64,000 bases of DNA from a virus. The translations under genes were made by a program, and so were the position numbers. Within the stretch, counting starts at the first letter, position 1; every line of letters starts with the position of its first letter. The DNA lies in the IMG/VR virus record IMGVR_UViG_3300027881_000008, positions 11,009-75,008 of that record. One strand, written 5' to 3'. Below, in pieces: positions 26,145-35,030 of this stretch. A model generated the notes under the pieces. That model was given only the letters and a program-made list of their open reading frames with translations. It ran no database searches and was not told the origin of the DNA.

Positions 26145-27910
26145 CAGGCGATCACGTTCCCGTGCGTGTGGCGATGATGGCGTGCGACCGTGAGGGGGCG
26201 TACGTGGCCGAGAGCCTGCGGGGAATTTTTGCGGCCGAGCCGTCCCTCCGGCAGGTGGACATAGTCATCGACGGCGCGGACGCCGCCTTTCTGGGGCGCT
26301 GGGCCACGGACAAGCGCGTGGTGCTCCACCTCCTCGACGACCTTCCACGCGACGATGAGGGAACAGAGTGGAGGACCGTACGCACCTTTCGCCGCTGTTT
26401 GGAGCTTCACCAATCCAAGCAGGACGCGGCGCACCCCGCCTGGCGAGGCCACCACCTGGTGGTGGTCCAAGACGACGTCGAGTTCGCGCCGGGATGGTTA
26501 ACGAAGACGCGCGCTGGCCTGTCCTGGTGCGAGAACAACGCACCTAACGCTGCCCCTTGGGTTCTCCAGGTCTACACGCCCTTTGGCCTGCACGACCTCC
26601 CTGTTCACCAGCTCGACGTCGACCTTTATTATGCCAACGTCGGCTTAGCGATCCCCTGTGGGATTGTAGGCTCCCTGATGGAGCATGTCGGCGCCCCGGG
26701 CGTCCCCCGCGCTGACGACATGGCGGTGGCCCATTACCTGAAGGTGAAGGGCGGCGCGTACCTGGCCCTTAATCCGAGCGTGGTCCAGCATACAGGCGAC
26801 GTGAGCGCCCAGGTGGGGAGAGAAGAAGAGGACTTCGGGCCCCGCCGGAGCCCGACATTTGGGCCTCTACCCAGCCGGCCTTCGTTCCGCGTTTACGGGT
26901 TGACCAAGGGGCACGGAAGCTTCCGGCGTCTCACCGACGGGGTCGTTGGCGCGCTCGGGAAGCTCGAACGGGGCGGCGAGCTTTTTGCCTACGACGACCT
27001 CGACGGTAACGCCTCCGAGGGGGCCGCCCACCCTTGCGGTATCTTAGTGGGACCAGCGGGTTGCGTGGGCGCCATGACGAGCCGAGGGCGGCACCGTCGC
27101 CAGTTTGCCGTGGTCGCCCCCAACAGCGAGTGGCTCCCCCGCAAGCTCATGGAGAGCGTGGACTCCCATGCCCAGCTCGTAGCGCCCAGCGAATGGGGCG
27201 CGCAGGTGTTGGCGCGGTACGTTAGCGGCGGGCGCCAAGTCCCCCCGTTCCGTCACGGAGTAGACGGCGCCTTCAGGCCGGACCCGGACGCTGTCAGGGA
27301 CCCGGAGTCCTTCCGGGTGCTTCATCTGTCGTCCACCGACCGCGAGCGCAAGAGCACGCGCGAGCTTCTGGAGGCGTGGGTGCAGCTCGTCGACAGCGGG
27401 GCGTTGGTGTCCCCGCGCCCGCTCCTCACTGCGGTTGTCGACGCGGCCACCGGCACCTACGGGGCCCTGGGTGAGCACCCGGCCGTGAACCTTGTCTACC
27501 GGCATCTCAACCTAGACCACGAGGGCATGGCCGCCCTGTATCGGAGCGTGGACGTGGTGTGCCAGCCTAGCCGGGCCGAGGGTTTCGGCTTGTGTCCCCT
27601 TGAGGCGCGGGCGTGCGGGACCGTTGTGGTGGCTACGGCCTGCACGGGTCACGCCGACCACATCGCTCCTGGCGACCCGGGCGTGGTGGTCGTGCCCCAC
27701 GGCCCTCACGCCCCCATCGACGACGCGCCGAGCCGGGCGGCCACCGCTCCGACCGTGCGGGTGGACGACATTGCCTCGGCGTTGCTACAGGCGCACGAGC
27801 GCTTCGCCGAACTCGACGTCGAAGCCAAAGCCGCCGCCGCCGCCATAGGAGAAAAGTGGGCGTGGCCGGTAGTGACCAGGCAGTGGCTTCAAGAGATGGA
27901 TCTCTGGTGA
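26141..27910 (+). CDS. GT-A (GT2-like) plus GT4 glycosyltransferase fusion
   Basis: VVVQDDV and PSVVQHTG in the N-half; DVVCQPSRAEGFGLCPLEARACG in the C-half. Confidence 0.85.
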   Translation: MTGDHVPVRVAMMACDREGAYVAESLRGIFAAEPSLRQVDIVIDGADAAFLGRWATDKRVVLHLLDDLPRDDEGTEWRTVRTFRRCLELHQSKQDAAHPAWRGHHLVVVQDDVEFAPGWLTKTRAGLSWCENNAPNAAPWVLQVYTPFGLHDLPVHQLDVDLYYANVGLAIPCGIVGSLMEHVGAPGVPRADDMAVAHYLKVKGGAYLALNPSVVQHTGDVSAQVGREEEDFGPRRSPTFGPLPSRPSFRVYGLTKGHGSFRRLTDGVVGALGKLERGGELFAYDDLDGNASEGAAHPCGILVGPAGCVGAMTSRGRHRRQFAVVAPNSEWLPRKLMESVDSHAQLVAPSEWGAQVLARYVSGGRQVPPFRHGVDGAFRPDPDAVRDPESFRVLHLSSTDRERKSTRELLEAWVQLVDSGALVSPRPLLTAVVDAATGTYGALGEHPAVNLVYRHLNLDHEGMAALYRSVDVVCQPSRAEGFGLCPLEARACGTVVVATACTGHADHIAPGDPGVVVVPHGPHAPIDDAPSRAATAPTVRVDDIASALLQAHERFAELDVEAKAAAAAIGEKWAWPVVTRQWLQEMDLW

Positions 27911-28362
27911 GAGACAACCGGCTGACCAGGAGCGCCAGCGTGGTAGCGCCACGGCTCCTTCAAGGAGGGCGTGCCCCCACGGGCGGGTCCATCGCAGAAG
28001 CGGGGGTGGACCTTTTGGTCCTCGCTGCCCGTGAGCACCAGCCCCCCGCCTCGAGCTTCCCCGGAGTGGACGTCATCCACGTCCCGCTCGACGACGTGAA
28101 CCGTCCCCTTACGCAGCGCCAGCGGCTGGCGGTCAGGCGGGCCAGTCACGAGGTCGCCGAGCGCCTCAAGGCCGGCGAGCGAGTGCTCGTTACCTGCCAG
28201 ATGGGGCTGAACCGCAGCGGGCTTATCGCCGCCGCCGCGTTGACCGAAGCCTACGAACTTCCCCCGTGCGTGGTAGTCGCCCAGATCCGGTCTAGGCGCA
28301 GTTCTTTTGCGCTCAGCAACCGCGCCTTCGTCCGCGAGCTCACCGGCGGGCGCGACTGTTAG
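27907..28362 (+). CDS. dual-specificity (Cys-based) protein phosphatase
   Basis: HVPLDD acid loop; VLVTCQMGLNRSG CX5R motif. Confidence 0.9.
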   Translation: MRDNRLTRSASVVAPRLLQGGRAPTGGSIAEAGVDLLVLAAREHQPPASSFPGVDVIHVPLDDVNRPLTQRQRLAVRRASHEVAERLKAGERVLVTCQMGLNRSGLIAAAALTEAYELPPCVVVAQIRSRRSSFALSNRAFVRELTGGRDC

Positions 28363-28393
28363 TCCCAACTCCAGCGAACCTCGGAGTTGACTT

Positions 28394-28930
28394 TCAGTCC
28401 ACCCAGGCGATGCCCGTATGAGGGACGGAAAACGAGTTGTGGCCTTGCCAGAGGTGGGGAGACGGGGCGACTGGCCAGCGGTGGGAGGGAGCGGGTGAAA
28501 TCTTCCGCCACATGGGCGGACTATGGGGAGCAAGGTTGCGCTTTGCCCATGCCTCCACGAGGCGGGGCGGCTCGTAGGAGGTGTCGAAAATGGCGAAGGT
28601 GGTGCCGCTCGACGCGAACGTCGAGTAGCTCGAGTAGAGGTCGCTCTTACCAGGTACAAACGGGTAGGGGTTCTTGGCGTTTCCGCTGGCAGGATTGAGC
28701 CACGCTTCGACGTCCTTGGCAGGCGGTGGCGCGTGGAAAAACCACACGGCTCCCCGTCCCTTTGGTCGCCCGAGACCATTGAGCCAGGTGGGCTCCTCGA
28801 AGACCGCCATGTAACGCGCAGGGGGACGGCGCCGGAGCGACGGTTTTCCCCAACGCGACATAACGCTGAAGGGGACGCCGCGTCGGCGCGGCTTGCGGGG
28901 AAGGTGCGAAAAGCGAAAAGGGAACGGCAT
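28394..28930 (-). CDS. hypothetical protein
   Basis: AGGA SD; follows the transglycosylase gene; contains NGLG and KNP. Confidence 0.5.
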   Translation of the reverse strand: MPFPFRFSHLPRKPRRRGVPFSVMSRWGKPSLRRRPPARYMAVFEEPTWLNGLGRPKGRGAVWFFHAPPPAKDVEAWLNPASGNAKNPYPFVPGKSDLYSSYSTFASSGTTFAIFDTSYEPPRLVEAWAKRNLAPHSPPMWRKISPAPSHRWPVAPSPHLWQGHNSFSVPHTGIAWVD

Positions 28931-28939
28931 GGGGAGGTC

Positions 28940-29845
28940 CTATTGGGTAGACGCGCGTCCGGGCGCGCCGGATGCGAGTGAGTCCCACAGTTCGGCCGCT
29001 GCGTAGCCCAGCAGAGCGGCTGCGGCGACGACTGCGACGTCGCGGCCAAGGTCGGCCACCGGGATGGGGGGCGCCGCGGGAGGAGGTAGCGGGGGCGGCT
29101 TGGGTTCGGGTGGTTTAGGGAGGGGCGCGCCGATGAAATTGGTCACCGCGGAGTTGTTCATCTTCATCGCGTTGAGAGGATAGTTGACCGCGCAGTTGAA
29201 CTTTCCCGGTACCGCCGCGCTGGGCGCGCAGACGAGGCTCTTGGCAGGCGTGTTGCGCCTGACGCACCCTTGAACCACCCCGAACTGGTCACGCGGGCAC
29301 GGCTCTTTGGGGGCGCTGAAGGTGGTGCTTCCCCCGCACCGGATACTACCCGCGTTGTAGGCCACCGCCCCGTGGACGAAGTCGCCGCCGTAACGGTCCA
29401 TTTGGTGGCGTAGGTACTTCGCTCCGAGGTCGACGTTGAGGTCGTTGTTGTTGCGCAGCTCGTGTTCCGTCAGCCCCTGGCCGTCGTTCATGAACTTGGC
29501 CGTCGTGAGCGTGACGGCCATGAGGCCCATCCCCTCGCGGTGGTTGCACTGGCCGCCGTGGTTGCAGCCTGCCACTCCTTCGCGGTTCTTTGGGCATTTG
29601 AGGCAGAGTCCAGGTCGACCCCCGCTTTCGATCCCCATCACTGCCGCGAGCTGGTGGGGCTGAAGCCCGTGTTTCGCGGCCTTTTCGTTGATGAGGTCGC
29701 GCCACTGGTTGATCTCGGGCGGCCAGCTTCGGTCGGGGAAAGAACCGTCGAGCTCGACGCGCCCGTCGTTGGTGTAGCGCCAGCGGCCATCCCCGCACTT
29801 TTGGCCCTTGTCGTTGGCGAAACTGACGAAGTCTGTGGCTGCCAT
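28940..29845 (-). CDS. lytic transglycosylase (SLT) with C-terminal membrane anchor
   Basis: LAAVMGIESGG, GMGLM, NVDLGAKYL, AVAYNAG motifs; Pro linker + TM. Confidence 0.9.
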   Translation of the reverse strand: MAATDFVSFANDKGQKCGDGRWRYTNDGRVELDGSFPDRSWPPEINQWRDLINEKAAKHGLQPHQLAAVMGIESGGRPGLCLKCPKNREGVAGCNHGGQCNHREGMGLMAVTLTTAKFMNDGQGLTEHELRNNNDLNVDLGAKYLRHQMDRYGGDFVHGAVAYNAGSIRCGGSTTFSAPKEPCPRDQFGVVQGCVRRNTPAKSLVCAPSAAVPGKFNCAVNYPLNAMKMNNSAVTNFIGAPLPKPPEPKPPPLPPPAAPPIPVADLGRDVAVVAAAALLGYAAAELWDSLASGAPGRASTQ

Positions 29846-29870
29846 GGTGCCATGGTAGGCTACCACGGCT

Positions 29871-30398
29871 TTGGAGCCGCAGAAACGAAACTGGATCTAC
29901 GGCGGCCTGGCGCACCCTCCGAGCGTGGCTCTGGCCCACCCTCGCACGCGCCGAAGGCTGCCGCCGGGGAGCACCCTGCTCGTGGCGGGCGACGACCATG
30001 CGTGGGGTCTTGCTCCTTTTCTCAAGCGGCTGGGGGACGACTCGAAGGTGACCACCGTGGTGGACGTCCAGCCCCAGGGGGCCGAACTGCGCGCCTGGAC
30101 CAAGTCGGGCCGCCTGGGGGCGGTGGCTACGCGCACGCAGCCTACCATCATCTTGTTGAGCCTCCCTTTTGCTGCTTCTTGCGAGGCGGACCTGGCCGAG
30201 CTTCGGCGCCAAGCGGGTGCGGCCACTCTGGTCTGGGTACGGCCGCCAGGGAGCGAGCCGGGGCTCCGCCGGGCGCTCGACCGGGCGAAGGTCCCTTCTT
30301 TCCATTCCGAGGCCCTTCCCATCCCCACCGCAGGCAGCGCCGTCACTGCTCGTGGGTACGCGGGATGGGCCGGCGCCCTTTGGCGTTGGATCGGGTAA
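29871..30398 (+). CDS. SGNH/GDSL-fold-like protein, apparently degenerate
   Basis: LLVAGDDHAWGL (GDS motif altered), PTIILLSL, LVWVRPP, TARGYAGWA. Confidence 0.55.
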   Translation: MEPQKRNWIYGGLAHPPSVALAHPRTRRRLPPGSTLLVAGDDHAWGLAPFLKRLGDDSKVTTVVDVQPQGAELRAWTKSGRLGAVATRTQPTIILLSLPFAASCEADLAELRRQAGAATLVWVRPPGSEPGLRRALDRAKVPSFHSEALPIPTAGSAVTARGYAGWAGALWRWIG

Positions 30399-30745
30399 TC
30401 CCCCTGCGACCTCTCGGCAACGCCACCGGAATGCGCTACGATGCGGCTCGCATGGACAATTGTGGGCCAGACGGGCGCTACCGGCCCGGAGACAGCCAGG
30501 CCCCGGTCGACATATGGACTGGTTGGCACGCGGCCATCGGGGTGGCGTACGGAGCCGTAGGGGTGCCGTGGGAGTACGCGTTGGGCGCTTCGGTCCTGTG
30601 GGAGGTGGTGGAAAACCCCCTGAAGGACCGGCTGCCGGAGGTCTTCCCCGACGCTTGCCACGACACGCTCGGCAACGCGGTAGCCGATGTGGCGGCCGTG
30701 ATGGTAGGATACGCTCTGGGGCGGTATTGGAGAAAAGGACGCTGA
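30398..30745 (+). CDS. small integral membrane protein (possible ATC start; ATG alternatives downstream)
   Basis: DIWTGWH...LWEVVE...GNAVADV H/E/D-containing helices; TAATC overlap. Confidence 0.6.
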   Translation: MPLRPLGNATGMRYDAARMDNCGPDGRYRPGDSQAPVDIWTGWHAAIGVAYGAVGVPWEYALGASVLWEVVENPLKDRLPEVFPDACHDTLGNAVADVAAVMVGYALGRYWRKGR

Positions 30746-30987
30746 TGGCAACGATAGGCACTGTGACGCGGACGATGGGCGACACCTACGCCAGTTCTAC
30801 GCAGACATTCCAGGGCAACAGGGGCGCCTTTGTCGCGCGCAACGCCGCCGGAGTGACTATCGGGTTCTTTCGATCTGCTGCGGGGGCTCAGGCGGCGGTT
30901 TCAGCCGGACACGGGATCCTCCTGCGATGGACGCGCAAGGACCTGCGTGGCGACATCGAACAGTACATCGCCGACGACGGTTCATGA
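30745..30987 (+). CDS. hypothetical protein
   Basis: TGATG overlap; AAGGA SD. Confidence 0.6.
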   Translation: MATIGTVTRTMGDTYASSTQTFQGNRGAFVARNAAGVTIGFFRSAAGAQAAVSAGHGILLRWTRKDLRGDIEQYIADDGS

Positions 30988-31544
30988 CGGCGCAGCGGCT
31001 CATCGTGCCCGACGGCACCGACGTCTTCTTCAAGGAGGGAATGATCTACCTGGCGGCTATCGACAGCCCCCCTTCGATCATCGCGTCCGAAGAGGACATC
31101 GTCGAGGAACTCGAGAAGCGCCGCTTTCAGGTCATCAATTTCTGGGAGTGCGAAGGCCAGGGAGCCCCCTTCAGGGCGCCCGGAAAATGCGGCGATGAGT
31201 ACGACTACCTCGGACTGGCGCGCAAGCTCGCGCCGTCGGAGATGCTCCCTGTGCCCGACCTCGGGGTAGCGGGTGGCGTGGCCTGGATCATGGAGATGGA
31301 TCCCGCGCCTCCTCCTCAGCCGCCAGGCCCTCAGCCGCCAGGCCCTCAGCCGCCAGGCCCTCAGCCGCCAGGCCCTCAGCCGCCAGGCCCCCAGCCCTCA
31401 GGCCCTCAGCCCTCAGGCCCTCAGCCGACGGCCCCGGTCCGCGTATCCCTTGCGGGGCCCGCGAGCGCTCGGATCCTTGTGTTCGGAGTTGGAGCGGCCG
31501 TCGCCTACGGCGCGCTAGGGATGCGGCAGCGGAGGTCGCGCTGA
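30984..31544 (+). CDS. C-terminally anchored membrane protein with (PQPPG)n linker
   Basis: ATGA overlap; 15-bp repeat; TM + RQRRSR. Confidence 0.75.
   Translation: MTAQRLIVPDGTDVFFKEGMIYLAAIDSPPSIIASEEDIVEELEKRRFQVINFWECEGQGAPFRAPGKCGDEYDYLGLARKLAPSEMLPVPDLGVAGGVAWIMEMDPAPPPQPPGPQPPGPQPPGPQPPGPQPPGPQPSGPQPSGPQPTAPVRVSLAGPASARILVFGVGAAVAYGALGMRQRRSR
31314..31427 (+). repeat. 15-bp coding tandem repeat (PQPPG/PQPSG) x7
   Basis: CCTCAGCCGCCAGGC x5 plus 2 variants. Confidence 0.9.
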
Positions 31545-31627
31545 TGTGGCTGTTGCCGGTCCTCGGGTTCGTGTTGGTGGTGTGGGGTACGTGGGCGGTG
31601 TTCCGCTACGAAGGGAGCGATGGATGA
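31544..31627 (+). CDS. 27-aa membrane peptide (absent from the ORF track)
   Basis: MWLLPVLGFVLVVWGTWAVFRYEGSDG; GGAGG SD; TGATG and ATGA overlaps. Confidence 0.6.
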   Translation: MWLLPVLGFVLVVWGTWAVFRYEGSDG

Positions 31628-31776
31628 ATTTCGAGATGCCAAAATACGACCTGGGGCGTTTTCACCCCTTTCTCAAGGGCACGGATGCCGTCAATTTGGC
31701 GGTGATCGCTCTGACCAGCGTGTTTGGGGTAATGATCATCACCGGGGACTTCCCCTGGGACCAAAAGGGCTACTAG
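31624..31776 (+). CDS. 50-aa membrane protein
   Basis: MNFEMPK...; GGGAG SD; one TM. Confidence 0.6.
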   Translation: MNFEMPKYDLGRFHPFLKGTDAVNLAVIALTSVFGVMIITGDFPWDQKGY

Positions 31777-31777
31777 C

Positions 31778-31993
31778 GTGAACGGAAAAGGTTCAAAACA
31801 GCGCCCCCGAGCGGTGTGCCGTAACCAGTGGGAGCGAAACTGGAACGCGGCCTTCGGCCAACTGACGTGCGCCGCGTGCAAAGGAACGGGCACGGTAAGC
31901 GCTGGCGGGTGGCGTGGCGCTCGCGCTGGGTGTCAAGAGTGCCGCCAAGCGGGCGCGGGCGAGAAGCGCGGACACGGCGGCGACGCCTCCTGA
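31778..31993 (+). CDS. small phage-type protein with zinc finger
   Basis: GKGSKQRP...NWNAAFG plus CAACKGTG..CQEC. Confidence 0.55.
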   Translation: MNGKGSKQRPRAVCRNQWERNWNAAFGQLTCAACKGTGTVSAGGWRGARAGCQECRQAGAGEKRGHGGDAS

Positions 31994-32034
31994 GCTACGC
32001 CGTTCTTGGCCAGCTATGACCTGGTCTGTCATAC

Positions 32035-32727
32035 CTAGCAGAGGCCGTAAACGGCGCACGCATCGCCGTACCATGCGGCGAAGTCGTCGAGAGAGTCGCT
32101 CACCACGACGCCGTCCTCAAGCTGGCGGTGGTGCGCGACGCCCCAGGCGTTGTCGGCCTCCGAGAGGCCCCCTGTTTGGTACGCGCAGAACAAGAGCAGC
32201 GGGTCGCCGCGGAGGTCCAGGCGAGCGCTGGCGTCCCGCGCCCACGCGGCAGCGAGCGCGAGCGCGGTTGTGGGGTCGCGGAGGATCCCTCGCCACACCT
32301 CTGGAGCCCCTCCGGCGGGCACCGGTTCCGGCGTTACAGTGGGGAACTCGTGCGGGCGGCTCCGGGCGGTCTTGCGCGCCGTGGCTGTCCGCATTTTGGC
32401 CAGGCCGATCCCCCAGTCTTTGGCTCTTTCGTCGAGCTTCTCTGCGCGCTCGTCACCTCGGCTCTGGGTAGCGACCAGAGCGGCCAGGAACTGTTCGCTG
32501 ACGGCGAAACGGTCGGCGCAGGCCAGGATGATGTCGGCGTGGGCCTCGACGACCTTGCGCATCAGGAGCGGCTCTCCCGGGCTGCGCCTCACGTCGCCCT
32601 CGCCGAACACCAGGATCCCCTCGTCGAGGACGCGCCAATGGTTCCAATCCTCGTCCTCGGCCGCGAGCTCGCGGCCATGGAAGCGGCTTGGCTCCCAATC
32701 GTCACTGTCGGCCAGCTCGATCCTCAC
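32035..32727 (-). CDS. SLT-fold protein lacking the catalytic Glu
   Basis: LAALVATQSRG (Q for E), GIGLAKM, LRDP...LAAAW, CAYQTG. Confidence 0.65.
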   Translation of the reverse strand: MRIELADSDDWEPSRFHGRELAAEDEDWNHWRVLDEGILVFGEGDVRRSPGEPLLMRKVVEAHADIILACADRFAVSEQFLAALVATQSRGDERAEKLDERAKDWGIGLAKMRTATARKTARSRPHEFPTVTPEPVPAGGAPEVWRGILRDPTTALALAAAWARDASARLDLRGDPLLLFCAYQTGGLSEADNAWGVAHHRQLEDGVVVSDSLDDFAAWYGDACAVYGLC

Positions 32728-32751
32728 GCGGCCGTGTTAGCACGGCCCGGC

Positions 32752-33006
32752 TTAGTCGTCGCCTAACACGCCCGGGTAGCGCTCCTTGAGCACGGCGATC
32801 ATCGCCGCGTGGCCGTTGTCCTCGGCCGACCCCAAGGCCGCCTGCATCCGTGCGACGGTGTCCTGGGCGTACGCGGCGCGTGCGGCCTGGAGGGCCTCCT
32901 CGCGCCTCTCCTCTTCGGAGGTTGGCTGGGGGGTTGAGCGGTTCCAGCAGCCGCTCGTACGGCAACACTCGTGCAGCCCAACCCCGAAGCAGAAGCCGCA
33001 GGTCAT
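32752..33006 (-). CDS. hypothetical Cys-containing protein
   Basis: GAGG SD; ATGA overlap. Confidence 0.5.
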   Translation of the reverse strand: MTCGFCFGVGLHECCRTSGCWNRSTPQPTSEEERREEALQAARAAYAQDTVARMQAALGSAEDNGHAAMIAVLKERYPGVLGDD

Positions 33007-33614
33007 GGGGCCTCTCCCGGCTCATCGGCGACCACGGCCCACTCCGCCCAATAGGCGTCTACGCCTTGAGCCCGTGAGCGGATCTCGTCCGCGCTCCACT
33101 CCAACGCCTCGCGGTTGCCGCCGGCGAGGTTGGACACGAACCGCTCAGAAGAGAGCGGGGACGGGGGGCCCGACGAGGCGAGCACGGCGACGACGACGTG
33201 GGTGACGCCATCCTCTACGTGCTCAACGAACTCCTCGCCCTCCGCGTCGACATCCGGGTCGGCCCCGTAGGCGTCCAGGCTGTAGACGACAACGGCCAAG
33301 CTGTCCGTCTGGGCGGCGTGGGCCCGGCGGAGGAAGGCGTCCGTCCGCCCCCGGTGCTCCCGCACCACGAAGTCGGCCGGGTCGCGCCCGACGCGGCTCC
33401 CAACGCCGGCCGAAACCGCTCGGTGCGCGCGCTCTGGGAGTGGCAGGAAGTGCTGGCCCGGGACGCGGTCCTCGCTCGGGTCGTGCGCCTCCAGCGCGAG
33501 CGCCAACTCGCCAAAAAAAGCGGCCCGGTCGACGACCCGACTCCCGACGACGCTCGCGTCGAAAGCTGAGCAAACGGAACTGACTCCGAAGCTGAAACGG
33601 TGCTGGTCGGTCAC
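33003..33614 (-). CDS. conserved hypothetical protein (DUF3228-like)
   Basis: AGGAGG SD; LAVVVYS...THVVVAVLA...FVSNLAGGN. Confidence 0.55.
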   Translation of the reverse strand: MTDQHRFSFGVSSVCSAFDASVVGSRVVDRAAFFGELALALEAHDPSEDRVPGQHFLPLPERAHRAVSAGVGSRVGRDPADFVVREHRGRTDAFLRRAHAAQTDSLAVVVYSLDAYGADPDVDAEGEEFVEHVEDGVTHVVVAVLASSGPPSPLSSERFVSNLAGGNREALEWSADEIRSRAQGVDAYWAEWAVVADEPGEAP

Positions 33615-33862
33615 GACGCCACCTCCTGTGGGAGCAGCGAAGAGCCGGGGAAAGCGCGGCGCAGGCGCCGCTGCTGGGGCGCGCTCAACTCCCCCCACTG
33701 CCGCCAGCGTCGGCCAGCGCAGTAGAGCGAGTGCCCGTCCGAATTGGTGTTCACCGCGACCGCGACGAACTGCGCCCGCGGCCCGTAGCGCTGCCACCGA
33801 GGCAGGCGCGCGCCGCAGTCCATGGGCCGCCCCAGGCCCCCGTAGAAGACGTCGTAGAGCAT
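33611..33862 (-). CDS. hypothetical protein
   Basis: AGGAGG SD; TGATG overlap. Confidence 0.55.
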   Translation of the reverse strand: MLYDVFYGGLGRPMDCGARLPRWQRYGPRAQFVAVAVNTNSDGHSLYCAGRRWRQWGELSAPQQRRLRRAFPGSSLLPQEVAS

Positions 33863-34143
33863 CAGGACCCCTCCTGGGGAGGGAAGCCGTGAAGTAGGCC
33901 CTCCAAGGCCGACTCGGACAGGACGCTGTTGCGCTCGACGAGAGCCTCCCACTCGTCGTCGCTGAGCCCAGCGCCAGCGTCGGGGGCGCCCCCGAAGGGG
34001 TGGTCCTGTTGGGCCGCTCCTGGGAGCGGCACCTCGCCGTGCAGGTCCACCCGGAGGCCGGCAGCCAGGAGCGGCCGGAGCATGTCGCCCAGGTCGCGCG
34101 CGTTGAAGCGCGCGTACTCGGCGGTTAGGTCTTCTTCAGTCAT
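33862..34143 (-). CDS. hypothetical protein
   Basis: AGGAG SD; ATGA overlap. Confidence 0.6.
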   Translation of the reverse strand: MTEEDLTAEYARFNARDLGDMLRPLLAAGLRVDLHGEVPLPGAAQQDHPFGGAPDAGAGLSDDEWEALVERNSVLSESALEGLLHGFPPQEGS

Positions 34144-34448
34144 TCGTTCGTGGTCTCCTGCCTACTAGACGTCGCGTCGGCCGCTTTCTGACACCCTAAC
34201 GTGATTTTTTTGTAGAGCCGCTCGATGCCGCAGTCGTTGCACTGCGAGCGGGGCAGCTGGTGGTCGATGCGCCGCCCGGCGGCGTCGGTCAGGGTGTAGC
34301 CGGTGCGCTTGCCGGGGTAGTAGTTGCCGCGCCGGTAGCGCGAGGGCTGCTCGGCGTAGCGCTCGCGGGCCTCGATGGGGAGACCCAGCGAGCCGCAACG
34401 AGGGCATTGACGGCGCACCGTCACCAGGCGGTCGATCTCAGTGGGCAC
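34140..34448 (-). CDS. zinc-ribbon protein
   Basis: CPRC ... CNDC; GAGGAG SD. Confidence 0.6.
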   Translation of the reverse strand: MPTEIDRLVTVRRQCPRCGSLGLPIEARERYAEQPSRYRRGNYYPGKRTGYTLTDAAGRRIDHQLPRSQCNDCGIERLYKKITLGCQKAADATSSRQETTNE

Positions 34449-34677
34449 AGTAGTGCTCCTCGGCCACCTCGGCCACCTCGGCCACCTCGGCCTCGTCGTC
34501 GTGCCAGTCCGTCGGGGCGGTCGCCCCAGCAGCTGGCGGCGCGGTCGTTGGCAGGGGCAGAACGGTGGGCAGATGGGCTGCAGCCCGCGCCTTGGGAGCG
34601 GGGGGCGGCGACGCCATGAGCAGGGCTCCCACGGCCCCTAGCGCCAGCGCTAGGACGGCTAGCGGGCGCGCTAGCAC
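34438..34677 (-). CDS. small exported/membrane protein
   Basis: GTG start after GGAGG; hydrophobic N-terminus; (AEV)x3 repeat. Confidence 0.5.
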   Translation of the reverse strand: MLARPLAVLALALGAVGALLMASPPPAPKARAAAHLPTVLPLPTTAPPAAGATAPTDWHDDEAEVAEVAEVAEEHYCAH

Positions 34678-35030
34678 TGTCCCCCCTCCAGCTCGGCGCG
34701 TCGCGGCAGACCGCGCGCGAGAGCCTCGTCTGTGTCCGCCTCTACGCATGCGTGCAGGCCAGAATGATAGCGCGGCTCCTGGCAAGCCTCAAAGCGGAGG
34801 CGGTCGGTTACGGCCAGCAGCCGCCAGGCGGCGCACTCGTCCTCGGCGCGCGCCACGGTGGCCACGTACGAGTAGTCGTACGCTTCCGGGGCCGTAGTCC
34901 ACCACCAGCTGAGTTCGGGCCCCAGCTCGGGCTGCAGCTCGCGCACGCTCACGAGAGCACCTCTTCCACCCGCACGGCGTTCGATGGCGACGGCCGCGTC
35001 GAAATCGGGGTGGTGGTAGAGGCGGCTCAT
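34671..35030 (-). CDS. hypothetical protein (MSRLYHHPDF)
   Basis: GAGGAGG SD; ATGA overlap. Confidence 0.65.
   Translation of the reverse strand: MSRLYHHPDFDAAVAIERRAGGRGALVSVRELQPELGPELSWWWTTAPEAYDYSYVATVARAEDECAAWRLLAVTDRLRFEACQEPRYHSGLHACVEADTDEALARGLPRRAELEGGQC

Noticed and set aside
28363-28939. Large ncRNA or + strand ORF in this gap
   Set aside because: The minus-strand ORF 28394-28930 has an SD, follows the SLT gene and has more protein-like composition.
29852-30397. ORF starting MVGYHGFGA as another YxGxG-tagged gene
   Set aside because: The frame continues as low-information shadow sequence, while the overlapping frame from 29871 carries SGNH-like motifs; a frameshift cannot be excluded.
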